Positions 54,500 to 64,000 of a DNA stretch of 64,000 bases are shown in pieces. The position numbers and the translations under genes are program-made. How positions within the stretch are numbered: position 1 is the first letter of the stretch; every line of letters begins with the position of its first letter. The notes under the pieces were generated by a model. That model was given only the letters and a program-made list of their open reading frames with translations. It had not been told where the DNA came from and ran no database searches. Source of the stretch: an uncultured Gammaproteobacteria bacterium (GTDB lineage: Bacteria > Patescibacteriota > Microgenomatia > Levybacterales > GWA1-39-11); the NCBI GenBank assembly GCA_964425075.1, contig CAYRKM010000001.1, positions 106,137-170,136 on the forward strand, written 5' to 3'.

Positions 54500-55017
54500 A
54501 CTATGCTATAGAACAAAGTAGCAAAAGTAATTTCTCTTGTCAAGAAAACTATGTGAGGCAAATTTTGGCGGTTTGGACTGTCGGATAGGCCTTTTTTTAG
54601 AAAAAAAACTAGATTCTTTGGAAGCTCGTTCTGTCGGTTTGTTTGTAGGTTTTGTTGAGGTAGTAGTGTTGGGCACCATGCCCGCTTTGCCTTTAACCGG
54701 CGGAGTTTGTAAGTTTACTTGGAGGTAGGAGTGTTGGGCAGGCATTCTTACTTCCAATTAAGCATATAAATTTTCGGTGCTTAATTGGAAGGAAGCTCGT
54801 CTTACCTTCAATTAAGAATAGAAGCTTTGGCAGGCGGGGGCATTATTACCTCTATAAAGTTTATAAGCATAGCTTGCGGACTTTGTTCCTAAAGCAAAGC
54901 TTCATTTTCTCGTTCTACTTCAAAAATAGGCAAAGCTTGCGGACTTTGTTCCTAAAGCAAAGCTTGCGAACTTCGTTCTAAAGCAAATTTTCAGTCATTT
55001 GGGCAGAACCCTAACTA
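54500..55017. repeat. hairpin-dense repeat tract downstream of pyruvate kinase: 14-bp perfect inverted repeat CTTCCAATTAAGCA..TGCTTAATTGGAAG and three copies of AGCTTGCG(G/A)ACTT(T/C)GTTC(C)TAAAGCAA
   Basis: Direct repeats at ~54868, ~54928 and ~54958. The 14-bp inverted repeat is at ~54757-54797. The overlapping 83-aa ORF is not credible. Confidence 0.5.
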
Positions 55018-56499
55018 TTAATTACTTGGGGGAATTACCTTAACTGTTGAAACGTGACCCTCTTCCATCCAGTTATCTCCGTATAGAAGAATATAATATT
55101 TATCCGCATCAAAATACTTTTCTTCTCGAAGATAGGAAATGGCATTTTGCATATCCTCAAGTCTCACAGGTTGCCCTTTTTTGAAGATTTTCGGTTGCAA
55201 GAGCGGTACTACTCCGTAATTTACGGTTAGACTGTCTCTCACTCTCTCATTTGGTGCAAAAACATAAATTGGAGCTTTTGGACGATATCTAGAAAGTTTC
55301 CTTGCTGTTCTGCCTGTTTCTGTAAATACAACAAAGCCACCGAAGTTAAAGTCTTTTTTCTTGAACTGATTGAAAAGATTGTAGGCAGTATCACAAAGCA
55401 TTTCCTCAGCGTCCACTATGTCAAAGTTGAAAAGTGTTCGTGTATCTTGAGGTAAAACGTGCTTCTCATTGAAAACAATCGTTCGTTTCATTGCCTCAAC
55501 TGCCTCAACAGGATACTGTCCTGCTGCGGACTCTTCGGAAAGCATTACCATATCAGTCATGTCATATGTTGCGTTGGCAATATCTGAAATCTCAGCTCTT
55601 GTTGGATATGGCTTATCAAGCATTGATTGAATCATCTGAGTAGCAGTAATTACGGGAAAACCTCGTTCGAGGCATTTTTTTATCATGATTTTTTGGTAAT
55701 GTGGCACTTGCTCCAAAGGCAGCTCTACTCCAAGGTCACCTCGTGCCACCATAATTCCTTCTGAAACATCAATAATTTCGTCTAAATTATCTATTGCTAG
55801 TTTGGTTTCAATTTTTGAAATAACTCTTGAGGTAAAATTCACTTTTGACATGTATTTCTTTAGATCCAAAACATCCTGAGCAGTCCTAACAAATGAAAGC
55901 GCAACAAAATCAACCTGAGAATCCGATAATCCTCGAATTGCATCTTTATCTCTTTCAGTTATTGCGTCAAGTGGAAAATATACTCCGGGGACATTGAAAG
56001 TTTTTCGGGTTTTAAGAATTCCATTTGAATTTGAAATTAAAACAGCTCCAGAACTTGATGAATTCTTAACTTCAAACTGGAATTTTCCATCATCGACTAC
56101 TATTTTTTGTCCCGACCTAAGATATTCAAGAACTTTATCATTTGTTAAATAAAATCTCTCGCTGTCCTTTTTTACACCAATGTTTATTTCCTGACCCTTG
56201 GTAAGAGTTATGTCTTGCGTTTGAGGCGTAATAAGCCTAATTTCGGGTCCTTGAAGATCAATCAGCGTTCCAATTGCTTTGTCTAATTTAGATGCCACAT
56301 CCTTAACTCTTTGAATTCTTTCCTTGTGCCATGAAAGTTCATTGTGCTTTAGGTTAAAACGAAAAACATCAACTCCGGTCTCTATAAGTTTCTTTATCAT
56401 CTCCTCACTCTCAGAAGATGGGCCAATTGTGGCAATAATCTTTGTATGGTCTGTATGGTGCATAAACAAAAAAAACCGGTACCAAAATGATACCGCCAA
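55018..56499 (-). CDS. pyk: pyruvate kinase
   Basis: N-terminal TKIIATIGPSS..E.....G.DV.RFN.SH. MVARGDLGVE. C-terminal regulatory domain. Probable start at the internal Met (MHHTDHTKII, nt 56463). Confidence 0.85.
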   Translation of the reverse strand: MAVSFWYRFFLFMHHTDHTKIIATIGPSSESEEMIKKLIETGVDVFRFNLKHNELSWHKERIQRVKDVASKLDKAIGTLIDLQGPEIRLITPQTQDITLTKGQEINIGVKKDSERFYLTNDKVLEYLRSGQKIVVDDGKFQFEVKNSSSSGAVLISNSNGILKTRKTFNVPGVYFPLDAITERDKDAIRGLSDSQVDFVALSFVRTAQDVLDLKKYMSKVNFTSRVISKIETKLAIDNLDEIIDVSEGIMVARGDLGVELPLEQVPHYQKIMIKKCLERGFPVITATQMIQSMLDKPYPTRAEISDIANATYDMTDMVMLSEESAAGQYPVEAVEAMKRTIVFNEKHVLPQDTRTLFNFDIVDAEEMLCDTAYNLFNQFKKKDFNFGGFVVFTETGRTARKLSRYRPKAPIYVFAPNERVRDSLTVNYGVVPLLQPKIFKKGQPVRLEDMQNAISYLREEKYFDADKYYILLYGDNWMEEGHVSTVKVIPPSN

Positions 56500-56540
56500 G
56501 TGAATATTTTACTATAAATGAAGCTATTTGTGAAGAGGAA

Positions 56541-57335
56541 TTAATTTACTACTTTTCCAAAAAAGATACGGCCAACGTCGGTTTGAATAACTCGCGAAAC
56601 AAGAACCTTCACGGTTCTACCGATTAGAACTTCCCCATCCTCTACCACAATCATTGTTCCGTCGGGCAAATAACCTACCCCTTGATTCTCCCCTTTCCCC
56701 TTCTGAACCACCTTTATAAAAAACACCTCACCTGGAAGCGCTGTAGTTTTTAGCACATTGGCCACCTCATACATATCAATTGCAGTGACTTTTGAAATTT
56801 GGGCTTTTTTTGCGAGATTGAAGTCGCAAGTTATAATTTTTCCCTTATTTTTCTTAGCTGATGCAATTATCCTCTCGTCCACTGGTTTTTTAATGGAGGA
56901 ATCATCATATGTTTCAAACTTTATCCCTTTTTCGCGTCGCAATGTCTCTAGCTGAGTAAGCCCCTTTCGTCCACGTTCCTTCTTAATCTCATCTTTGGAA
57001 TCAGCTATGTGCTTTAGCTCATCCAAAACACCTTCAATTGCAATAAATGTTCCCGTAAATATTCCAAGTTTTATTAGCTCAAACACACGGCCGTCAATAA
57101 TTGCCGAGGTATCCAAAAATAATGGGTTTTCAAGCTTTTGAGCTGGCTTAGATTTTTTTCTTCCAGTACCCCTTCTCAATTGCTTAGTTACCATACTGGC
57201 AACTTCTTCTGCTATTTGGCTTACTACCCTTTGCGGAAGCCTTATTTGCTCAAGAAGTCTTCTTGCTTCATGTTCTGGATGTGATCTAACAACAGTTAGG
57301 GCAGGTTGTTTTTTTTCTGTGGATTTTTTTGCCAT
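56541..57335 (-). CDS. PIN/TRAM-domain protein (YacL-like), downstream of radA as in Firmicutes
   Basis: PIN core FLDTSAIIDGRV. C-terminal TRAM-like GEVLIGRTVKVLVSRVIQTDVGRIFFGKVV. Confidence 0.6.
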   Translation of the reverse strand: MAKKSTEKKQPALTVVRSHPEHEARRLLEQIRLPQRVVSQIAEEVASMVTKQLRRGTGRKKSKPAQKLENPLFLDTSAIIDGRVFELIKLGIFTGTFIAIEGVLDELKHIADSKDEIKKERGRKGLTQLETLRREKGIKFETYDDSSIKKPVDERIIASAKKNKGKIITCDFNLAKKAQISKVTAIDMYEVANVLKTTALPGEVFFIKVVQKGKGENQGVGYLPDGTMIVVEDGEVLIGRTVKVLVSRVIQTDVGRIFFGKVVN

Positions 57336-57342
57336 AATTTGT

Positions 57343-58731
57343 TTATCGCTTATTCAATAATCGTAATGCCTCTTTTAGATATGGAGCATTTTTTGCTGAA
57401 AGTAGGTTTGTATATCCTAGTTTTTTGGCTTCTTTGAGGCGTTTTTCAAGGTTTATGACAGTTTTTGTTTCACCCAAGAGGCCAACTTCAGCAATTGCAA
57501 CAGCAGAATTTAATGGAATATCCCTAATGCTTGATGCGACAGCAAGACATACTGCCAAGTCCGATGCTGTTTCTGTAATTTTCAATCCGCCTACAATATT
57601 TACAAAAATATCGTATTTATCTACAGGTATTGTACCATGGCGCTTCAGGACTGCCAAGAGAAGCTCCATTCTTTTCTCTACAATCCCAGACGAAACGCGT
57701 CTTGGAAACGCAAGAGTGGATGGAACTGATAAAGCTTGAACCTCAACCAAAAGAGGACGGGAACCCTCCATAACAACAGTCACACATGAACCGGGAACAT
57801 TTTTCCCACTGTTTCCCAAGAAAAAGTCTTTAACATTGGATATTTCAACCAACCCCTTTTCCTGCATTATAAAAATTCCAACTTCATTAGTATCCCCAAA
57901 CCTATTCTTAAGAGAACGTAGAATTCTTGTCCCAGTAAGTGCCTCCCCTTCAAGATATAATACGCAATCAACCATATGAGCCAACAGCTGAGGACCCGCA
58001 ACCGAACCCTCTTTCGTAACGTGCCCAATGAAGAAAACCGGAACATTATTTCCTTTTGCAAAATTTACCAACTTCATCGTGGAGTATCTTATTTGAGGAA
58101 GAGAACCTGCAAACCCTGTTGCGTCATTTGACGCCATTGTTTGTATCGAATCAATTATTAAAAGATCAACTTTCTCCTTCTCAGCAACTTGCACAGCCTG
58201 ATCAATATCTGTACTTGAAAATACAATTAATTCAGACTGGGAAAGTATTTTTTCACTTACAATTCTCTCAGCCCTTATCTTAATTTGGGATTCACTTTCC
58301 TCTCCTGAAACATAAAGCACTTTTTTCTTTTTCAAAGAAATCGCAAGTCCTATCTGAAGACATATGGTGGACTTTCCAATTCCGGGGTCGCCTGATATTA
58401 AAATTACTTCTCCAGGAACTATACCCTGATACCCCTCTTCCCCACCAAGAACTCTATCAAATTCTACAATTGTTGTTGAGTAACGCTGTAAAGAAGCACT
58501 CTTTACCTGGCCAATTTTTTTTATTTGAGTAGGTAATTCAGTCTGTGAAGTACTGCCTCCAAAGCCTTTTTTAGGCTTATCAGGGATTATCATCTCCTGA
58601 AATGTATTCCAATTTTGACACTCAGGACATAATCCCATCCATTTTGCAGATTCATTTCCACAGTTATTACATACGAATATTTTCTTTGACATCTCGGATT
58701 TCACTGTACCATTGAAAGGGCTAAAATTCAA
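57343..58731 (-). CDS. radA: DNA repair protein RadA/Sms
   Basis: N-terminal C4 zinc finger (CNNCGN..CPECQNW). Walker A GDPGIGKSTI. KNRFG motif. Lon-protease-like C-terminal domain. Confidence 0.9.
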   Translation of the reverse strand: MNFSPFNGTVKSEMSKKIFVCNNCGNESAKWMGLCPECQNWNTFQEMIIPDKPKKGFGGSTSQTELPTQIKKIGQVKSASLQRYSTTIVEFDRVLGGEEGYQGIVPGEVILISGDPGIGKSTICLQIGLAISLKKKKVLYVSGEESESQIKIRAERIVSEKILSQSELIVFSSTDIDQAVQVAEKEKVDLLIIDSIQTMASNDATGFAGSLPQIRYSTMKLVNFAKGNNVPVFFIGHVTKEGSVAGPQLLAHMVDCVLYLEGEALTGTRILRSLKNRFGDTNEVGIFIMQEKGLVEISNVKDFFLGNSGKNVPGSCVTVVMEGSRPLLVEVQALSVPSTLAFPRRVSSGIVEKRMELLLAVLKRHGTIPVDKYDIFVNIVGGLKITETASDLAVCLAVASSIRDIPLNSAVAIAEVGLLGETKTVINLEKRLKEAKKLGYTNLLSAKNAPYLKEALRLLNKR

Positions 58732-58752
58732 TGAACTTGGAAGAATTTATGG

Positions 58753-59817
58753 CTATCGGTAGCCGATGAATTTACTTTTTAGAACTGGGGAAACATTTAT
58801 GAGTCGTTTTCTTGAATCAAAATCAACAACTTCAACCTCAACTGAATCATCAACTGCATAAGTTGTTCCTGTTGGGATTTTTGAAGAATTAATAAATGCC
58901 ATTACACCGGGCTCAATTTCTAGGGTAATTCCTCTAGTCTTTACGTCTTTAACGACTGCTTTTACAACTTGCTCTGCTTTGTATTTCTCTTTTACCTCAT
59001 CGAATGTATCTTTTTCAAGGCGCTTCAATGAAACATTTACTCTCTTGTTTTCTCTATCAATATCAATAATCTCAGCTTCCAAAGTCTGACCAATTGAGAA
59101 TTTACCTTCAAGTCCCTCTACTCTTTGATGAGAAACTTCTGAGATATGAATAAATGCCTCAGCAAGTTTTCCTTTTTCAAGCTCAATTTCTCCGTACATT
59201 CCATATGAAGTTACAAATTTCACAGTAACTTTTACTTTGGCATTTTTCTTTGCCAGTTTTTCAAGTTCTGAAACATTCATTACATATTTCGTAGCTTTTT
59301 GGGAAATTATTACCCTCTTTTTCTCCCTGTCATACTCAATAACTTTTACCTCAATTGTGTCTCCAATATTTGGTTTGTCATTTAATAGTTGTGAGTTTGG
59401 TAAAAATCCCTTAATTCCCTCAGCGGTTTGAATGAAATATCCACCTCGAGTGGACTCTACGATTTGTGCTCTGAAGGTTTCGTTCCCCTCATAAAATTTA
59501 TCAAGTGAGGTATATACCTTGTCTTCAAGCATTCTTCGCAATGAAACTACAGGAAAACCATCTTCACTTTCAGGGGAAATTACGCTTGCAGTTACACTAT
59601 CTCCTACTTTTAGAATACTTAAAAGATTCTCAAGATTTTGCTTGTCATACTCAATTACTAAAGCGTCGGACTTATATCCAATGTCAAGTAAAATTTCTTG
59701 AGGTGTGAGTTTTTTGACCGTGCCTTTTACTGCCTGGCCCTTTTTCAATGACTCAAACTGAGTTGATTGGCGAGCCATTAGCTCGGCCATGCTAGTTGCT
59801 TTCGATGCGGTTGGCAC
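58753..59817 (-). CDS. ribosomal protein S1-like protein with four S1 RNA-binding domains
   Basis: Four repeated S1 OB-fold units (G..V.G.V.........V.L..G..GF(L/I)...). 354 aa, shorter than E. coli S1. Confidence 0.65.
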   Translation of the reverse strand: MPTASKATSMAELMARQSTQFESLKKGQAVKGTVKKLTPQEILLDIGYKSDALVIEYDKQNLENLLSILKVGDSVTASVISPESEDGFPVVSLRRMLEDKVYTSLDKFYEGNETFRAQIVESTRGGYFIQTAEGIKGFLPNSQLLNDKPNIGDTIEVKVIEYDREKKRVIISQKATKYVMNVSELEKLAKKNAKVKVTVKFVTSYGMYGEIELEKGKLAEAFIHISEVSHQRVEGLEGKFSIGQTLEAEIIDIDRENKRVNVSLKRLEKDTFDEVKEKYKAEQVVKAVVKDVKTRGITLEIEPGVMAFINSSKIPTGTTYAVDDSVEVEVVDFDSRKRLINVSPVLKSKFIGYR

Positions 59818-59908
59818 AATTATTAGATCCTTTCATAGTAGATTGATCAATTTTACCAAATTTTAGGCTAACTTGCAAAGTGAGAGTACATATGAGTAGA
59901 ATTAAGGA

Positions 59909-60514
59909 ATGGAAACAGAAAACCCACAACAACCAACATCTACGCCACAGCCCTCTAATCCCACCCCAGTAGCACCAAATCCAGCAAAGAATTCTAGTAA
60001 AATTATAATTATTCTTCTATTTGTTATTATCACACTGCTTTTGGGCGTAATTGGCTATTTTTATTTCATGAATAACACCAAAGAAACAGCCACAACAACT
60101 CCTACCCCAACAGTAACTCAGGCCATTGCAACTCCTTCTCCCTCTATTTCCCCTACTCAAGCTATAAATATTGATGAAAATACACAGGCTGCAATTGAAA
60201 GCAAAAATTATGCTGCTCTTGAAGGATACATGACTCCTTCAGTAAGTGTTCTTCTATATGCTTCTGAATGTTGTGGTCCCCAAACACCAACGCAAGCATT
60301 AGCCCAGCTTGACTACTTTAATGAAGCAAAAGCACCATGGAATTGGAACCAGGAAAGCGAAACAATAAAACAAATCAAAGCTGAGCACCCTACAACTTTT
60401 GGTAAAGGTACTATTGGTATAGCTGACAACGAATATACAGTGTCATACGAAGTTGTGAATGGGAAAATTAACGCTCTTTATATCTCTGCAAGCTACAAGC
60501 TACTTATTCCCTAA
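59909..60514 (+). CDS. N-terminally TM-anchored hypothetical protein (Pro/Thr-rich linker)
   Basis: TM IIIILLFVIITLLLGVIGYFYF followed by a Thr/Pro-rich linker. Confidence 0.4.
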   Translation: METENPQQPTSTPQPSNPTPVAPNPAKNSSKIIIILLFVIITLLLGVIGYFYFMNNTKETATTTPTPTVTQAIATPSPSISPTQAINIDENTQAAIESKNYAALEGYMTPSVSVLLYASECCGPQTPTQALAQLDYFNEAKAPWNWNQESETIKQIKAEHPTTFGKGTIGIADNEYTVSYEVVNGKINALYISASYKLLIP

Positions 60515-60672
60515 CGTCCGTCTCGAGGAATTCTTCTCATTGAACGCCTAATAATATGTTGCTGCACCTTGGATAAACCCTGCTCTCAGAGGCAAAAACA
60601 AGGCGCAATACGCAATTTAGAAAGTTTTTTTATCATCTGGTATGATACTATAACTACTAATAAAACAGCTCA

Positions 60673-61278
60673 ATGGAACATTTGCTCTTAGGAATCATCG
60701 TTCTTCTTTTCTCAGCTATACTGCATGAAATTGCACATGGCTATGTTGCCGATAGGCTCGGCGACCCAACTGCTCGCCATGCAGGACGACTAACCCTAAA
60801 TCCTATTCCTCACATTGACCCAATTATGAGTATCGCAGTCCCTGCAATTCTCATTATTTCAGGCTCACCAATCATATTCGGAGCGGCAAAACCGGTACCG
60901 GTTAATCCGATTATGCTAAAGGAAGGAAGAAAAGATCTTGCGCTTGTAGCTCTTGCAGGGCCATTAACTAATATACTACTAGCTCTTTTAGCTTCAGGGA
61001 TTTTAAAAGCATTCTCACTTGACTCAACTATAACTACATTTTTAGCGTTGGTAGTTTTTTATAATTTAGCTTTAGGATTTCTTAACTTAATCCCTATCCC
61101 CCCACTTGATGGTTCTAAGTTTTTCTCCATTATTCTACCTGAAAGAATTGCTCAGCAATACTTCATGCTTGCCCCATTTGGTATTTTTATTCTATTTTTC
61201 CTTCTTCTTACCTCCCCACTTGGAGATATTCTTTCCTCATTGATATTTAACACTATTACCCTTCTGGGATTAAGATAA
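60673..61278 (+). CDS. site-2-protease family (peptidase M50) membrane metalloprotease
   Basis: HEIAHG (HExxH) in the first TM. NLIPIPPLDGSK matches the M50 NxxPxxxLDG motif. Four TM helices. Confidence 0.7.
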   Translation: MEHLLLGIIVLLFSAILHEIAHGYVADRLGDPTARHAGRLTLNPIPHIDPIMSIAVPAILIISGSPIIFGAAKPVPVNPIMLKEGRKDLALVALAGPLTNILLALLASGILKAFSLDSTITTFLALVVFYNLALGFLNLIPIPPLDGSKFFSIILPERIAQQYFMLAPFGIFILFFLLLTSPLGDILSSLIFNTITLLGLR

Positions 61279-61326
61279 GAACTTCTATAATTCTGAATGA
61301 TTAATTTCGCCATTTTGTACCGAACA

Positions 61327-61510
61327 TATGAACCAGTAAGCGAATGAGGGATTCTGAGCTTTGTGAAGAAGAAAGATGTAAAGGCTGAACGAAGTGAACT
61401 GCCGAATCTTTCAGCGAATGAGCGAAACCGGTGAATACGTGAGGAACAATTGACGAGAGGCTTTGCTACTTTCGCCGGTACGAAAGTAGAAAGAGAAAAC
61501 CTGCTGTTGA
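61327..61510. repeat. intergenic repeat element, copy B (same family as 6571..6760); hairpin CTACTTTCG-ccggta-CGAAAGTAG then AAAGAGAAAAC
   Basis: See copy A. Relative to A and C the stem is changed on both arms (GTACTTTTC/GAAAAGTAC to CTACTTTCG/CGAAAGTAG), which preserves pairing. Confidence 0.6.
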
Positions 61511-61549
61511 ATTTTAGTTCTCTAAACTCTAGTTTCCAGCCTCAAGCTA

Positions 61550-62806
61550 GTGTATACTAGTTCTATGAAAATCAAAGATATTAAAGCTTTAGAAATCCTT
61601 GATTCCCGCGGCAATCCAACTATTCGCACATTCGTAACTCTAGAGGACGGCTCTATTCACTCCGCCTCTGTGCCATCTGGCGCTTCAACTGGTAGCCATG
61701 AAGCAACAGAACTTAGAGATGGAGATAAATCTCGATATATGGGAAAAGGGGTTATGAAGGCAGTTGAGAATGTGAATACGGTTATTAAAAATGCTCTTGT
61801 TGGAATGACTGCTGATCCTACTACTATCGACTCGAAACTTCTCGAACTTGATGGGACCCCAAATAAAACCAGTCTAGGAGCCAACTCTATCCTTTCAGTA
61901 AGCATGGCTGTAGTCAGGGCTGCAGCTCACTCTAAAAAACAGCCTCTCTGGAAATTTATGAATGATTATTTCTTTGAAGGTAAATCTGCTGGTTTTCCTC
62001 GATTATTAGTAAATATTATTAACGGCGGCAAACATGCTTCCTGGAATTTTGACATTCAGGAATTTATGATAGTACCAAATGCAACACAACCCTCTGAGGC
62101 TATAAGAGTTGCTTCTGAAATTTTTCATTCTTTAGAAAATCTTTTAAAAGAAAAAGGGTTTTCCACTCTTTTGGGTGATGAAGGGGGTTATTCTCCAAAT
62201 TTAGGCTCAAATGAGGATGTTTTGGACAATATAATTGAAGCCGCAAAGAAAGCCGGATACGAAAATGTAAAAGACTATCGTCTCTCTCTGGATGTTGCCT
62301 CCACTGAATTTTACAAAGACGGAAAATATGAATTTAAAAAGCAAAACAAATGGCTTACTCCAGAAGAATTAACGCAATACTACTCGGAAATTGGCCAGAA
62401 ATACTTCATTCTATCTTTTGAGGATGCTTTTGCTGAAGATGATTGGGAATCTTGGAAAAACTTTTCTGATATGGCAGACCGTTTCCAATTCATTACAATC
62501 GGGGACGACCTTTTTGTGACAAACCCTGAACGTATTAAGCGTGGGATTGATGAAAAAGCAGCTAACGCAGTGCTTATTAAGCCAAACCAAATTGGTACTA
62601 TTAAAGAAACCGTTGAGGCAATAAATATGACACATAAGGCCGGATGGAAAACAGCTATCTCGCACCGCTCAGGTGAAACAGAAGACTCATTTATCGCAGA
62701 CCTTGCCTATGCTTGTGGCAGTGAATTTATTAAAACGGGCAGCATGGCCCGATCCGAACGCCTTTCAAAATATAATAGATTGCTAGAGATTGAACACAAT
62801 CTCTAA
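61550..62806 (+). CDS. eno: enolase (phosphopyruvate hydratase)
   Basis: IKALEILDSRGNPT. SHRSGETED. IKPNQIGT(I/V). KYNRLLEIE. Confidence 0.9.
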   Translation: MYTSSMKIKDIKALEILDSRGNPTIRTFVTLEDGSIHSASVPSGASTGSHEATELRDGDKSRYMGKGVMKAVENVNTVIKNALVGMTADPTTIDSKLLELDGTPNKTSLGANSILSVSMAVVRAAAHSKKQPLWKFMNDYFFEGKSAGFPRLLVNIINGGKHASWNFDIQEFMIVPNATQPSEAIRVASEIFHSLENLLKEKGFSTLLGDEGGYSPNLGSNEDVLDNIIEAAKKAGYENVKDYRLSLDVASTEFYKDGKYEFKKQNKWLTPEELTQYYSEIGQKYFILSFEDAFAEDDWESWKNFSDMADRFQFITIGDDLFVTNPERIKRGIDEKAANAVLIKPNQIGTIKETVEAINMTHKAGWKTAISHRSGETEDSFIADLAYACGSEFIKTGSMARSERLSKYNRLLEIEHNL

Positions 62807-62904
62807 ATTACTAATTGAACTAATTTCTAATTTCTAAAAAATTAGAGAGTTAGGATTTGATTAGATTAATTAGGTTAATTAGAATAATTAGAAATTAATT
62901 TAAT

Positions 62905-63534
62905 ATGGCAACACTAGTTTTAGTCAGACATGGAAAAAGTGAATGGAATGAATTGAATCTTTGGACTGGCTGGCGAGATATTCCGCTTGCTCAAAGCGGT
63001 TATGAGGAAGCAAAAGTAACAGGCGAACAGCTTAAAGACATTCACTTTGACTTTGCTTATACCTCTGCTCTTTCTCGTGCTCAGCAAACATTGGATGAGA
63101 TACTAAAAGTAATTGACCAAAATCCTCCAATTATTCGCGATAAAGCTCTTGATGAGCGTGATTATGGTGACTACACCGAAAAGAACAAGTGGGATATCAA
63201 AAGAGAAGTTGGTGAGGAAGAGTTCCAGAAAATACGAAGAAGCTGGGATTACCCTCCTCCAAACGGTGAAAGTCTGAAAATGGTATACGAGCGGGTTTTA
63301 CCCTATTATGAATCTGAGATTCTTCCAAAGCTTAAAGAGGGAAAAAATATATTAGTCTCTGCTCATGGCAATAGCCTTCGTGCTCTTGTTAAATACCTTG
63401 AAAATATTTCAGATGAGAACATTGCTCTTCTTGAAATTGGTACAGGCGAGGCGTACGTGTATCAAATTGATGAAAATGGGAATATAACAAATAAAGAAGT
63501 GAGAGGAAATAACCCCAATACTGGCAAAAAGTAA
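62905..63534 (+). CDS. gpmA: phosphoglycerate mutase, histidine-phosphatase superfamily (dPGM-like)
   Basis: LVLVRHGKSEWNELNLWTGWRDIPL (RHG.SEWN..N.FTGW.D). C-terminal HGNSLRAL. Adjacent to eno. Confidence 0.7.
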   Translation: MATLVLVRHGKSEWNELNLWTGWRDIPLAQSGYEEAKVTGEQLKDIHFDFAYTSALSRAQQTLDEILKVIDQNPPIIRDKALDERDYGDYTEKNKWDIKREVGEEEFQKIRRSWDYPPPNGESLKMVYERVLPYYESEILPKLKEGKNILVSAHGNSLRALVKYLENISDENIALLEIGTGEAYVYQIDENGNITNKEVRGNNPNTGKK

Positions 63535-63535
63535 C

Positions 63536-64000
63536 CTATCTTGATTGATCCGATGTCTTTGGTAAAGGCTTGTAAGTCAACCCTGACACATAAACATCAA
63601 TAGGCTTTCCATTCTCCATTCCTTGCATTTTAAGCCACGTACTTAATTCTAGTCCATCTACTGCGCTTTCCCCACCCACATGACCACCATATACTACAAT
63701 TCCTTTTACCTTTTTCGGGTCTATATTAACATCCTTAAGCTCTTTTCTTTCCCCGCCCTGAGAAGGTTCAGTTCTAACAAATATCGGCATTTCGTTTCCT
63801 TTGGAATCTATAACCGGAATTAACTCTGCTTCTATTATTTCCCCATCATTAATTGGCTTTCCCATAAGAGACCTTTCTTTCCATCCTTCCTGCGCTTCCT
63901 CTGAAAAGAGTGCATCTTTAACTGTTTCTGCGGCATCTTCACCAGCATCTTTAATTTTACCTGCAACTCCCTCTGCAGCATCATTTATGCCTCCTGCTAC
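63536..64000 (-). CDS. 5'-partial CDS (start lies beyond window end), hypothetical protein
   Basis: The minus-strand frame is open from nt 64000 through the listed Met at 63865 with no stop (..AGGINDAAEGVAGKIKDAGEDAAETVKDALFSEEAQEGWKERSLMGKPINDGE..). Confidence 0.45.
   Translation of the reverse strand, partial: VAGGINDAAEGVAGKIKDAGEDAAETVKDALFSEEAQEGWKERSLMGKPINDGEIIEAELIPVIDSKGNEMPIFVRTEPSQGGERKELKDVNIDPKKVKGIVVYGGHVGGESAVDGLELSTWLKMQGMENGKPIDVYVSGLTYKPLPKTSDQSR

Noticed and set aside
54506-54757. 83-aa minus-strand ORF downstream of pyruvate kinase
   Set aside because: Overlaps the hairpin/direct-repeat tract. Lys/Pro/Thr-rich low-complexity product. No start context.
62810-62904. AT-rich low-complexity spacer between eno and gpmA (ATTAG/TTAATTAG units)
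   Set aside because: Looks like simple AT-rich intergenic low complexity rather than a defined element. Mentioned only for completeness.
1-64000. CRISPR array / cas genes
   Set aside because: No regularly spaced short direct repeats with unique spacers and no Cas-like ORFs were seen. The only repeat tracts (54500-55017, 42935-43130) are irregular and hairpin-based.

Overview
The window reads as a visibly AT-rich, compactly arranged bacterial contig. It carries a small housekeeping set: leuS, rho, radA, pyruvate kinase, enolase, gpmA, an S1-domain protein, a PIN/TRAM protein, comEA/comEC and an M50 protease. Alongside that is a very large accessory cell-surface and glycan region. The gene content includes a type-IV pilin with a class-III signal, an LPXTG-type sorting signal, O-antigen-ligase+TPR, giant repeat proteins and an Avd-like four-helix-bundle protein, with nothing that hints at an outer membrane. 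By inference this fits a Gram-positive-type envelope organism, most likely of the CPR/Patescibacteria kind. All calls come from reading the six-frame translations and the DNA directly; no searches were run.

The most unusual items are:
1. A 2987-aa single-pass membrane protein (20614..29577). Its roughly 370-aa cytoplasmic N-terminus holds two tandem tyrosine-recombinase-type N-terminal SAM-like (core-binding) domains. Its exterior carries at least five tandem ~130-aa Cys-pair repeat modules and a C-terminal fibre-like region. It is followed 35 nt later by an Avd-like four-helix-bundle gene, with no reverse transcriptase in the window.
2. A leucyl-tRNA synthetase with a ~175-aa RBBP9/YdeN-type serine-hydrolase domain inserted immediately before the CP1 editing domain. 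The Ser/Asp/His triad of the insert appears intact.
3. Two paralogous surface cassettes. Each pairs a secreted protein ending in TYVATPS[F/I] with a signal-peptide protein that has a C-terminal TM anchor. The layout is reminiscent of WxL/CscA clusters.
4. An operon of a cupredoxin-like membrane protein, a prepilin-type pilin and a 1208-aa discoidin/FN3 adhesin.
5. Tandemly duplicated 710-aa TM-anchored beta-propeller proteins whose termini have been homogenised.
6. Four sharply GC-rich islands in the AT-rich background. One has no convincing CDS. The other three each carry one or two genes, one of them a GTG-start lipoprotein.
7. A family of intergenic repeat elements sharing a 9-bp-stem/6-nt-loop hairpin with compensatory base changes between copies. 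There is also an identical palindromic 24-mer at two loci and a hairpin-dense repeat tract downstream of pyruvate kinase.
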